Assembly (NCBI GenBank): GCA_017507905.1
Contig: JAFWAA010000031.1
Coordinates: 1-51,686, forward strand
DNA: 51,686 nt
Direction of reading: 5' to 3'
Origin: Clostridia bacterium
GTDB lineage: Bacteria; Bacillota; Clostridia; Oscillospirales; CAG-272
This document shows positions 9,796 to 18,055 of this stretch, one piece after another. The notes under the pieces are model-generated. The model was not told the origin of the DNA. It worked only from the letters and a program-made list of their open reading frames with translations, and did not search any database. How positions within the stretch are numbered: the first letter of the stretch is position 1; each line of letters opens with the position of its first letter. The translations under genes were made by a program, and so were the position numbers.

Positions 9796-10293
9796 TCATT
9801 TGTTAAAGTAGTCGGCCAGCCGCGAGCCGCCGCAATGGGCGTGGCAGATGGCGATGGCCAGAGCGTCGGCCGTGTCGTCGGGCTTCGGGGGCTTTTCCAG
9901 TCCCAGAATGCGCGTGACCATGGCGATCACCTGTCGCTTGTCCGCGCGGCCGTAGCCAACGACGGCCTGCTTGACCTGGGGCGGCGTATATTCCTGGACG
10001 GGAACGCCTCCAAGCTCGGCGGAGAGCAGGATAATGCCTCTCGCCTCGGCAACGCGAATACCCGTGGTGATGTTGTTGGTGAAGAAAAGTTCCTCCACGG
10101 CAATGGCCTCGGGACGGTAGGTGGAGATCAGCTCGTTCATGCCCTCGAAGATGGCCTTCAGACGCTCCTCGGTACGCATTCCCGCAGGGGTCTGAATGGA
10201 GCCGTAGGCAAGCGTGCGGAAGCGTGTGTTGCGATACTCGATCACGCCCCAGCCGACGATGGCAAGGCCCGGATCGATGCCGAGAATGATCAT
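9796..10293 (-). CDS. ruvC: Holliday junction resolvase
   Basis: MIILGIDPG start (AAGGGAGG RBS), AVEELF, DDTADALAIA. Confidence 0.96.
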   Translation of the reverse strand: MIILGIDPGLAIVGWGVIEYRNTRFRTLAYGSIQTPAGMRTEERLKAIFEGMNELISTYRPEAIAVEELFFTNNITTGIRVAEARGIILLSAELGGVPVQEYTPPQVKQAVVGYGRADKRQVIAMVTRILGLEKPPKPDDTADALAIAICHAHCGGSRLADYFNK

Positions 10294-10356
10294 GCGCGCT
10301 CCTCCCTTCTTCCTTTTGCTCGCTTGCGAAAGCGACCCGATAATATTCCACATTAA

Positions 10357-10385
10357 ATTATACCACGAATGTCCGCAGAAGTCAA
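10357..10385 (-). promoter_or_regulatory. sigma-A promoter of ruvC operon
   Basis: TTGACT-17bp-TATAAT with extended TG. Confidence 0.8.
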
Positions 10386-10435
10386 ACAGTTCTTTGCATT
10401 TTTCAAAAAATCCGTTCAAAAATACAGATTTGAGG

Positions 10436-10464
10436 TTTACAGACGCTTTTTTTTATGCTATAAT
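10436..10464 (+). promoter_or_regulatory. sigma-A promoter of DUF951-yfhO
   Basis: TTTACA-17bp-TATAAT with extended TG. Confidence 0.75.
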
Positions 10465-10516
10465 TATAGAACAATCTATAAACTGTGTATAAATTCCAGA
10501 AAATCCGGAGGCAGCC

Positions 10517-10744
10517 ATGCAGATCGTCCCCCTCTATCCCGAGAGCCGCATACAACTGAAAAAGCCTCACCCCTGCGGAAATGACGTCTTTCGTATTTTG
10601 CGCGTGGGAAGCGACGTGCGCATTCGCTGTGAGGGCTGCGGTCGGGATATGACGCTTGACCGACTTCGCCTTGAGCGCTCCGTGAAAAAGATCTTAAACG
10701 CTCCGTCAAGCACCTCTGACGGGAAAGGAACGAGCCCATCATGA
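10517..10744 (+). CDS. DUF951 family protein
   Basis: LKKPHPCG...ILRVGSDVRIRCEGCGR signature. GGAGG RBS. Confidence 0.9.
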   Translation: MQIVPLYPESRIQLKKPHPCGNDVFRILRVGSDVRIRCEGCGRDMTLDRLRLERSVKKILNAPSSTSDGKGTSPS

Positions 10745-13695
10745 CCTTGGAACAACCAAAAGCCGTTTGGCAAAAGATACAGGCGCTTTGGAAGCGCCTC
10801 TGGGCACCTGTGCCGCGCTATCTCCTGCTTTGCATAGCGATCCCTCCCATTCTGATGTACCTGATCTATCTGGCCAAGGGCATTCATCCCTTTGGGGACG
10901 GCTGCGTGCTCGTGCTGGATCTGAACGGACAGTACGTCTGGTTCTTTGAGGCGCTGCGCAACTTCGTCAAGGGCGATGCAAGCCTGCTCTATTCCTTCTC
11001 CCGCTCGCTTGGCGGTGAATTTTTGGGCATGTACGCCTACTACCTCGCCTCCCCCCTCTCCTATCTGCTCGCCCTCTTTCCGCGCGACCGAATGCTTGAG
11101 GGCTTGCTCTTCCTCTTCCTCCTGAAGACCGCCATCTGCGGAGGAACCTTCGGCTACTATATGCACAAGACGATGAAGACGCCACGTCCCGTGCCAATCG
11201 TCATCTTCTCGGTCTGCTACGCGCTCTCGGCCTACGCCGTCGTTCAGCAGCACAACACCATGTGGATCGACGCGCTGATGTGGCTGCCGCTGATCACGCT
11301 GGGAATTGAGGAGCTGATCAAGTACGGTCGCTTCAAGCGCTACACCGCCTTCCTTGGGCTGACGCTGATCAGTAACTTCTATATCGGCTACATGGTCTGC
11401 ATCTACTGCCTGCTCTACTTCTTTGCCTACTATATCGCCCACGGCGGCCACAATCGGGAAAACAATCCGCTGTGCGAGACCCGCCATTTTCCCAAGACGC
11501 TCTTGCGCATGGCCTTTTACTCGGTCATCGCGGTCGGTATCGCGGCGATCATTCTCCTTGGCGCATACTATTCGCTCAATTTTGGAAAGACGACCTTCTC
11601 CAACCCAAAATGGGAATGGGAGGTCAAGATGGAGCTGAAGGATCTCTTCTACAAGTTCCTGCCCGGCTCCTACGATACCGTCCGCCCAAACGGCCTTCCC
11701 TTCGTCTATTGCGGCGTGCTCACCCTTTTGCTCCTTCCGGCGTATTTCTTCTCGCGCAACTATTCCATTCGGCAAAAGATCGTTTCTGCCGTATTCATTC
11801 TCATCTTCCTCCTCAGCTTCCTTCTGTCGGTTCCGGATCTGATTTGGCACGGCTTCCAGAAGCCAAACTGGCTCAATTACCGCTACAGCTTTATGCTCTG
11901 CTTCTACCTCTGCGTTCTGGCCTGCCGTACGCTTTCCGATCACGAAAAGCTCCCTCTGCCGGCATGCTTCGGTATGGGCGGCCTTTTGCTGGTCTTTGCC
12001 ATTTCGCTTCGCGGACACACCTCGGGTGAATACGTGAAGGTGGACGGACTTACCTGCGTTCTGACCACGGTGATCGCGGTCCTCATCTACCTTACCCTCC
12101 TCTTTTTCCTCCGTGCGGACAAAAAGCCCCAGCTCATGGCGAGCCTTTTGCTTGGGGTGACGATCGTGGAGGTCTTCCTCGGCGGACTCTGGAACGTAAA
12201 CGGCCTGGACGATGACGTCAACTTTACCCGTTACAGCTACTACAACGGCTTTTTGGACAAGACCCGTCCCATCGTGGAGCAGGTGCAAAAGGCAGACTCC
12301 TCCTTCTACCGCATGGAAAAGACCTTCTTCCGCAAGTTCAACGACAACATGGCCTTCGGCATTCGCGGACTTTCGGGCTCGACCTCCACGCTCAACAAGG
12401 AAACCATCATGTTTCTGGAAAAGATGGGCTACCGTGCCGACGCACACCGCTCTAAATCCCTTGGCGGAACCCCCGTCAACGACTCCCTGCTCGGGCTGAA
12501 GTATATCATCTCCGACAATCCCGTCTACGAGAACTACTATTCGGTCTTTGCCAAGGATGAGGAAAACGGCTACACCGCCTACTATAACCCCTACAGCCTC
12601 TCGATCGCCTACGGTGTGGACGAGGAGCTGATGGAGTTTCCGCTTGGCTTCCTTCCCGCCGAGGTGGAAACGGATTCCGCGATCGCCTCAATGCTCGCAT
12701 CGGTCAAGGGCGCTTTGAACCGTCTTCTCAACATCGACGAAACGGTCAACTCGGCCGAGTATGAGGACGAGTATGCCAGCCCCTTTGCCCGCATGAATGC
12801 GATCCTCTCCGCAATGCTTGGTGAGGAGGTGGAGGTCTTCGTTCCCGTAGAGGACGTAACCACCGCGATGCAAAACCTCGAAAAGGCGAACACCACCAAC
12901 GGACAAACGCGCTATGAGCCCAGCAATAACAGTCTGAGCGGCATGCTGACCTATTCTCTGGAAATGCCCGTGGAGGGCGAGCTCTTCTTCTATGCTCCCG
13001 CAACCAACAAGCGTGAGGTGGCCCTCTCACTCAGTGTCAACGACGGTGAAGCAAAGGGCGTTGGAAGATTCAACGGCACCGAGACGCGGCACATCATCTC
13101 GCTCGGCTGGCAGGAGGCCAACGCCGATCTCGACCTGAAGGTCACCTTGAAGGACAAATACTTTTACGTCACGCGCGGGGAGTATTGCTTCTACTACATT
13201 GACTGGGCGGCCTTTGAGGACGTGATGGGAAGACTCGCACAGGATCAGCTCGTGATCGAGGACTATACCGAATCCTCCTTTGAGGGCAGCTTTACCGCAA
13301 GCCGCGCAAACGAGCGTGTTTTGACCACTCTGCCCTACGATAAGGGCTGGAAGATCTACGTGGACGGCGAGGCCGTGGAGACCGAAAAGGCTCTGGGCGC
13401 GCTCGTCTCCTTCCGCATTGAGGGTGAGGCGGGAGACGTGCACAGCATTCGTATGGTCTACCGTCCCAACGTAGTTTGGGTGGGGCTTTCGATCTCCTGC
13501 ATCTCTCTTGCCCTCCTGATCCTGCTGACCGTTCTGGAAAAGCGGATCAAAAAGATCAAATATCTCCGCACGCTCGTCTCGATCCCCGAGTGCTCTGTTC
13601 CCAAAAAGCCCGACCCCGAGGAGAGCCCAAAGACGGACAAGACGGACAAGACGGACAAGACAGACAAGACGAGCAAGACGAAGCCGCGTACGTAA
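10741..13695 (+). CDS. YfhO family polytopic membrane glycosyltransferase (GT-C)
   Basis: DLNGQYV, YYLASP, SNFYIGYM, YRYSF, TLPYDKGW motifs. About 12 TM segments plus a large external domain. Confidence 0.88.
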   Translation: MTLEQPKAVWQKIQALWKRLWAPVPRYLLLCIAIPPILMYLIYLAKGIHPFGDGCVLVLDLNGQYVWFFEALRNFVKGDASLLYSFSRSLGGEFLGMYAYYLASPLSYLLALFPRDRMLEGLLFLFLLKTAICGGTFGYYMHKTMKTPRPVPIVIFSVCYALSAYAVVQQHNTMWIDALMWLPLITLGIEELIKYGRFKRYTAFLGLTLISNFYIGYMVCIYCLLYFFAYYIAHGGHNRENNPLCETRHFPKTLLRMAFYSVIAVGIAAIILLGAYYSLNFGKTTFSNPKWEWEVKMELKDLFYKFLPGSYDTVRPNGLPFVYCGVLTLLLLPAYFFSRNYSIRQKIVSAVFILIFLLSFLLSVPDLIWHGFQKPNWLNYRYSFMLCFYLCVLACRTLSDHEKLPLPACFGMGGLLLVFAISLRGHTSGEYVKVDGLTCVLTTVIAVLIYLTLLFFLRADKKPQLMASLLLGVTIVEVFLGGLWNVNGLDDDVNFTRYSYYNGFLDKTRPIVEQVQKADSSFYRMEKTFFRKFNDNMAFGIRGLSGSTSTLNKETIMFLEKMGYRADAHRSKSLGGTPVNDSLLGLKYIISDNPVYENYYSVFAKDEENGYTAYYNPYSLSIAYGVDEELMEFPLGFLPAEVETDSAIASMLASVKGALNRLLNIDETVNSAEYEDEYASPFARMNAILSAMLGEEVEVFVPVEDVTTAMQNLEKANTTNGQTRYEPSNNSLSGMLTYSLEMPVEGELFFYAPATNKREVALSLSVNDGEAKGVGRFNGTETRHIISLGWQEANADLDLKVTLKDKYFYVTRGEYCFYYIDWAAFEDVMGRLAQDQLVIEDYTESSFEGSFTASRANERVLTTLPYDKGWKIYVDGEAVETEKALGALVSFRIEGEAGDVHSIRMVYRPNVVWVGLSISCISLALLILLTVLEKRIKKIKYLRTLVSIPECSVPKKPDPEESPKTDKTDKTDKTDKTSKTKPRT
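13630..13680 (+). repeat. 9-bp tandem repeat (AAGACGGAC)n encoding KTD repeats
   Basis: Three perfect and about 2.7 degenerate units at the yfhO 3' end. Confidence 0.9.
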
Positions 13696-13743
13696 CGCGC
13701 TCCCGTCGATGCATCACAATTCCGCGAAAGGAACAAGCCTTCT

Positions 13744-14367
13744 ATGTTTTACTATCTCAAGGGTGCCCTCGTGCATCTGGAAAACGGACTTGCCGTTCTG
13801 GACGTTGGCGGTGTTGGCTACAAGCTGACCGTAAGCGGAACCACCTACGACGCCATGCCCCCAAATCGCTCGGTCGCCACCCCTCCCACCGTCTGCCTCT
13901 ATACGCACATGGCCGTCAGAGAGGATGACGTTGAGCTTTTTGGCTTTGCCACGCAGGAGGAGCTGGCCTCCTTCAAACTGCTCATTTCGGTTTCGGGTAT
14001 CGGTCCCAAGGCGGCTATGTCCATTCTCACCCTGCTCTCTCCCAAAAAATTTGCGCTCGCCGTTTGCACCGAGGACAAAAAGACCATCGCCAAGGCCAAC
14101 GGCATCGGCCCAAAGACCGCCGCGCGCGTGATCCTGGAGCTGAAGGACAAGCTGATGAAGGAGACCGATCTCTCCTCTCCCATTTCCGCATCCCCCGCGG
14201 CAAGCGCCACGGGCACCTCGCGCGGAAAGCTTTCCGAGGCAGTGGACGCCCTGGTCGTTCTTGGCTATTCCCGAGCCGAGGCGTCCGGTGTTCTGAAGGA
14301 CCTCGACTCCTCACTTGAGCTGGAGGAGCTGATCCGCGCCGCCCTCAAAAAGCTGATGAAATTCTGA
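13744..14367 (+). CDS. ruvA: Holliday junction DNA-binding protein
   Basis: [46 protein letters not shown]. Confidence 0.97.
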   Translation: MFYYLKGALVHLENGLAVLDVGGVGYKLTVSGTTYDAMPPNRSVATPPTVCLYTHMAVREDDVELFGFATQEELASFKLLISVSGIGPKAAMSILTLLSPKKFALAVCTEDKKTIAKANGIGPKTAARVILELKDKLMKETDLSSPISASPAASATGTSRGKLSEAVDALVVLGYSRAEASGVLKDLDSSLELEELIRAALKKLMKF

Positions 14368-14410
14368 CCGCCAAGGCGCGCCCGACCAAACGAAAGAAAG
14401 GACCGAACCG

Positions 14411-15490
14411 ATGGATACCAACGATTTCGATTTTGAAAACCGGATCATGACCACAAGCTACACCGCCGAGGATTCGGACGTGGAGACCTCTCTGCGCCCC
14501 AGACACCTTGAGGAGTACGTCGGCCAGGAAAAGGTAAAGGAAAATCTCAAGATCTATATTGAAGCCGCAAAGCAAAGAGGTGAGCCGCTTGACCACGTTC
14601 TGCTTTATGGCCCTCCCGGTCTTGGAAAGACCACGCTCTCCAACATCATCGCCACCGAGATGGGCGTCAATATCCGCATCACCTCCGGCCCTGCCATTGA
14701 AAAGCAAGGCGACCTTGCCGCCATTCTAACCAACCTCAACGAGGGTGACGTGCTTTTCATTGACGAGATCCACCGTCTTTCGCGCTCGGTCGAGGAGATC
14801 CTTTATCCCGCGATGGAGGATTACGCCCTGGACATCATCATCGGCAAGGGCCCGTCCGCCAGAAGCATTCGCATTGATCTTCCCCGCTTTACCCTGATCG
14901 GCGCGACCACGCGCGCGGGACAGATGACCACGCCTCTGCGCGACCGCTTTGGCGTGATCCTCAAGCTTGAGCTTTACACGCCCGAGGAGCTGGCCACCAT
15001 CGTTCGCCGCAACGCAGGGATCCTTGGCATGGAGATCGCGGACGACGGCGCGATTGAGATCGCAAGCCGCTCTCGCGGAACCCCCCGTATTGCCAACCGT
15101 CTGCTCAAGCGCGTGCGCGATTTTGCCCAGATCATGTCCGACGGCGCGATCGACCGAAAGATCGCAAGCTACGCGCTCAACAAGCTGGAGATCGACCACC
15201 TGGGGCTGGACAACGTGGACCGCAGAATGCTCGAGACCATCATCAAGTTCTACGACGGCGGACCCGTTGGTCTTGAAACGCTTGCCGCAACGGTGGGCGA
15301 GGAGGCCGTGACGCTTGAGGATATGTACGAGCCTTATCTGATGCAGATCGGCTTTTTGAGCCGTACGCCGCGAGGCAGATGCGTCACCCGTCTGGCCTGC
15401 GAGCACCTCGGACTTCCCTACCGCGCCCCCCGTGCTGTGGGCGGCGATCAGATCCGCTTCTTTGACGAAGCCGAGGACAAGCACGAATAA
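14411..15490 (+). CDS. ruvB: Holliday junction branch-migration ATPase
   Basis: [40 protein letters not shown]. Confidence 0.98.
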   Translation: MDTNDFDFENRIMTTSYTAEDSDVETSLRPRHLEEYVGQEKVKENLKIYIEAAKQRGEPLDHVLLYGPPGLGKTTLSNIIATEMGVNIRITSGPAIEKQGDLAAILTNLNEGDVLFIDEIHRLSRSVEEILYPAMEDYALDIIIGKGPSARSIRIDLPRFTLIGATTRAGQMTTPLRDRFGVILKLELYTPEELATIVRRNAGILGMEIADDGAIEIASRSRGTPRIANRLLKRVRDFAQIMSDGAIDRKIASYALNKLEIDHLGLDNVDRRMLETIIKFYDGGPVGLETLAATVGEEAVTLEDMYEPYLMQIGFLSRTPRGRCVTRLACEHLGLPYRAPRAVGGDQIRFFDEAEDKHE

Positions 15491-15519
15491 CGAGAATACA
15501 AAAAACGGTCTGCCCTGTA

Positions 15520-15723
15520 GGCGTGATACTCTTAGCGGAGTATCACGCCAACTCTATTCGCCTGCGGCGAGTGATATTGCTTCGCAGTGTTATTCGGCTT
15601 ACGCCGAGTGGTATTCGCTTCGCGAGTTTCAGGGCGAATAGAATATCACTGAAGCCGCAAGGCTTCAATATCACGATTGCGATAGCAATCATATCACTCT
15701 TTGCGAGAGCAAAGAATATCACT
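15520..15723. repeat. Inverted array of AATATCAC spacers alternating with variable GN(N)A-loop hairpins (REP/REPIN-like)
   Basis: Four (A)ATATCAC on plus (15642, 15667, 15691, 15715), three GTGNTATT on plus (15571, 15587, 15608), seven short hairpins and a perfect 12-bp hairpin at 15520-15549. Confidence 0.85.
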
Positions 15724-15732
15724 GAAAGCAGA

Positions 15733-15778
15733 AAAAGAGAGAGCAAAGCGGTTTTTCTTTCCGCATTGTTCTCTCTTT
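15733..15778. terminator. Hairpin between convergent ruvB and membrane-protein gene
   Basis: AAAGAGAGAGCAAAGCGG pairs imperfectly with CCGCATTGTTCTCTCTTT. Confidence 0.6.
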
Positions 15779-15902
15779 ATGTTTTTATCGCAAGTTTCGC
15801 ATTTGTTTAACAAATGCATCGGGCTATGCCCATACCCCTATTATAAATTCTCCGATAAGGACATCACCCGTGAGGGCAGACCGTTTTTTCTTGTGCGAGG
15901 GA

Positions 15903-16499
15903 TCAACGCTTGCGGCGCTTATTCTGCAGGCGCTCTCTCTCGGTCTCGTTGACGTAGGAGCTGAAGGCCGAGGTGAATTTGACGTCACGCAATCCGAGAT
16001 TGTAGGTGATCGCCGAAAGAAGCATGGCCGGGATCGGGAGCAGGAAATAGACCCACCAAAAGGAATTGAGCGGCACACCGCCAACGGGAATGGCAAGCAG
16101 TCCCACGAACATTCCCTCCAGAATCGTTGCGGCAAAGGCACCGATCGCACCGAGATGGCTGGTAAAGGGGGTATCCAAAAGCGAGCCGAGCATAATAAAG
16201 ATCGCCAGCAGGAAGTTGACCGCATTGGCGGCCAGCGAGATCCAAAGGCCGGTCAGGGGTGCTCTCGGCTTGCGTCCGGACTCTACCGACACGCGGTCGC
16301 GGTAGCCGATGTCCCAGGTCATCGTGTAGAGCAGGAAGAGATAAAACAGGATCGCTCCAACGCTCGTGACGTTGCGCAGGACGGGGCTTTGGGCGTGTCC
16401 TGCCGCGAGGGCAAGCGAAAAGCCGAAGATCGCCGTTCCAAACTGATTGAGGAACATCTTGAGCATATCGTAGGAATAAGTCTTAAAAAAAGCTTTCAT
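15903..16499 (-). CDS. Hypothetical membrane protein (about 4-5 TM)
   Basis: Host-like codon usage, GGAGG RBS, own promoter, hydrophobic segments. Family not recognised. Confidence 0.8.
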   Translation of the reverse strand: MKAFFKTYSYDMLKMFLNQFGTAIFGFSLALAAGHAQSPVLRNVTSVGAILFYLFLLYTMTWDIGYRDRVSVESGRKPRAPLTGLWISLAANAVNFLLAIFIMLGSLLDTPFTSHLGAIGAFAATILEGMFVGLLAIPVGGVPLNSFWWVYFLLPIPAMLLSAITYNLGLRDVKFTSAFSSYVNETERERLQNKRRKR

Positions 16500-16525
16500 G
16501 GTATACCTCCAAAAGGATTACCTCT

Positions 16526-16554
16526 ATTATACCGAAAACCCATGCCGAAAGCAA
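16526..16554 (-). promoter_or_regulatory. sigma-A promoter of membrane-protein gene
   Basis: TTGCTT-17bp-TATAAT. Confidence 0.7.
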
Positions 16555-16603
16555 CCGAAGCGCACAAAAATTTACAATTTATCAACTAAAATATCACGAT
16601 GTG

Positions 16604-16612
16604 TGCTATAAT
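16604..16612 (+). promoter_or_regulatory. Extended -10 promoter of recombinase gene
   Basis: TGCTATAAT, no good -35. Confidence 0.55.
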
Positions 16613-16684
16613 AAAAGGAGGAAAGGCGCAAAACGAGCCGTTTTTTTGCCGCACCGCATCTTTTTTCGGAAAGGAGGAATACGC

Positions 16685-17692
16685 ATGGGAAAGCTGATCT
16701 CGATTCGGGAGTTCTCTCCCCTCATTCAGGAATTCGCCGCCTATAAATCCTCCATTCAGGGCTGCTCGCAAAAAACGGTGGAGGAATATCTGCTCGATCT
16801 GCGCACCTTCTTCCGCTATCTCGTGGCGCGGGAAAAGGATATCGATCCGCACTCCGCGGAGTTTTCTACCCTTGATATCAGCTCTATCGGTCTGCGCGAG
16901 CTGGAAAAGATCCACGCCGAGGATCTCTACGATTTTCTGCTTTACGTCAATCACACGCGCGAAAACCAATGGGCGGCGCGCTCGCGCAAGCTCTCGGCCA
17001 TTCGTTCGCTTTACAAATACCTGGTCAACAAAAAGCACTATCTGGAGTACAACCCCACCACCGACATTGATTCCCCCAAGCCCGCAAAGGCTCTGCCCAA
17101 GGTGCTGACGCTGGACGAGGCCGAGCGCCTGCTGGACGCCGTGGACAAGGATCGCAATTCCCCCACGCGCGTTCGCGATTACGCGATCCTCACGCTCTTT
17201 CTCAACTGCGGAATGCGTGTTTCCGAGCTTGTTGGCATTGATCTGCGCGATCTTGATTCGGATTTTCAGTCGGTGCGCGTTACGGGAAAAGGAAACAAGG
17301 AGCGCATCATCTATCTTAACCAGGCCTGCCAGACCGCGCTTTGCGATTACGCGATCCAGAGGCTGAGCCAGAAATACGCCAAAGTGCATGACCCTGCCCT
17401 CTTTTTAAGCCGCCTGGAAAAGCGCATCAGCGTCAAGACCGTGCAAGCCATGGTCTACAAGTATCTGCGCGCCGCGGGACTCGGCTCCAAGGGATACTCG
17501 GTACATAAGCTCCGCCACACCGCCGCCACGCTGATGTATCAATCCGGGCAGGTGGACGTGCGCGTGCTGAAGGAGATCCTGGGCCACGAGCAGCTCAACA
17601 CCACGCAGATCTATACGCACGTCAGCAACACGGACATCGAACGCGCTATGCAAAAGAATCCCCTCGCAACAAAGAGGAGATCGAAGAAATAA
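16685..17692 (+). CDS. Tyrosine recombinase, XerC/XerD family
   Basis: Complete R-K-H-R-H-Y set (GMRVSEL, GKGNKER, HKLRH, LGHEQL, TTQIY) and an N-terminal SAM-like domain. Start MGKLIS after AAAGGAGG. Confidence 0.92.
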   Translation: MGKLISIREFSPLIQEFAAYKSSIQGCSQKTVEEYLLDLRTFFRYLVAREKDIDPHSAEFSTLDISSIGLRELEKIHAEDLYDFLLYVNHTRENQWAARSRKLSAIRSLYKYLVNKKHYLEYNPTTDIDSPKPAKALPKVLTLDEAERLLDAVDKDRNSPTRVRDYAILTLFLNCGMRVSELVGIDLRDLDSDFQSVRVTGKGNKERIIYLNQACQTALCDYAIQRLSQKYAKVHDPALFLSRLEKRISVKTVQAMVYKYLRAAGLGSKGYSVHKLRHTAATLMYQSGQVDVRVLKEILGHEQLNTTQIYTHVSNTDIERAMQKNPLATKRRSKK

Positions 17693-17729
17693 AGAACGCA
17701 CCCCCGATCGCCAAGGGCGAATTTCACTG

Positions 17730-17763
17730 AAAAAAGCACGTCTGCATCGCAGACGTGCTTTTT
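17730..17763. terminator. Bidirectional terminator after recombinase
   Basis: A6-GCACGTCTGC-ATC-GCAGACGTGC-T5. Confidence 0.9.
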
Positions 17764-17802
17764 GTTGGCCGCGCAGATCTTAAAGTCAAACACCGCCATC
17801 GT

Positions 17803-17881
17803 GGATACAAGGGCGGCCCGTCGCCCTTGATGATATACGCCTCGCTTCGCGCGGCGATGATATGCCAAGCCTGCGGCTTGG
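17803..17881. repeat. Second spacer/hairpin array (ATGATAT spacers, three hairpins)
   Basis: CAAGGGCG/CGCCCTTG; GATGATATAC; CGC-TTC-GCG hairpin; GATGATATG; CCAAGCC-TGC-GGCTTGG. Confidence 0.75.
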
Positions 17882-17931
17882 ATAAAAAAAACGCTGCAGA
17901 AAAGTACCCTTTTCTGCAGCGTTTTTTTTAT
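17882..17931. terminator. Perfect 23-bp inverted repeat terminator (probable original ssrA terminator)
   Basis: ATAAAAAAAACGCTGCAGAAAAG-TACC-CTTTTCTGCAGCGTTTTTTTTAT. Confidence 0.88.
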
Positions 17932-17961
17932 GAGTAATTGGTGAATAGGATACAAAATCCT

Positions 17962-18035
17962 AATGGGTTCATTTTGCAAAATGGGTTCACTTTTTGTAGA
18001 AAATGGGTTCACTTTTTTTGCAAAAAATGGGTTCA
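17962..18035 (+). repeat. Four direct repeats AATGGGTTCA
   Basis: Exact 10-mers at 17962, 17980, 18002 and 18026. Confidence 0.9.
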
Positions 18036-18055
18036 AATTTAACGATTGCCAAGCA

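Noticed and set aside
9796-10419. Longer ORF-track starts for ruvC (also cvpA, ecfA1, recombinase, kinase, cdaA, HATPase, mcsA, mcsB, clpC, MBL)
   Set aside because: The extensions run through promoter or upstream-gene DNA, and good RBSs precede the internal starts used.
10567-12447. 626-aa minus-strand ORF opposite yfhO
   Set aside because: Shadow ORF in the antisense frame of a recognisable gene. It has no motifs or RBS, and this is expected with GC3-rich codon bias.
13696-13743. LexA/SOS box before ruvA or ruvC
   Set aside because: No GAAC-N4-GTTC match.
15523-15810. ORFs of 95 aa (plus) and 67 aa (minus) across the hairpin array
   Set aside because: Their repetitive sequences derive from the repeat units; no RBS or host codon pattern.
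16685-17692. Calling the recombinase a proven island integrase or naming it xerC
   Set aside because: It lies outside the duplicated boundary and has host-like composition, and orthology cannot be settled by eye. Kept only as a hypothesis.
17935-17965. dif site beside the recombinase
   Set aside because: No ATAA-N6-TTATGTTAAA-like match in the interval.
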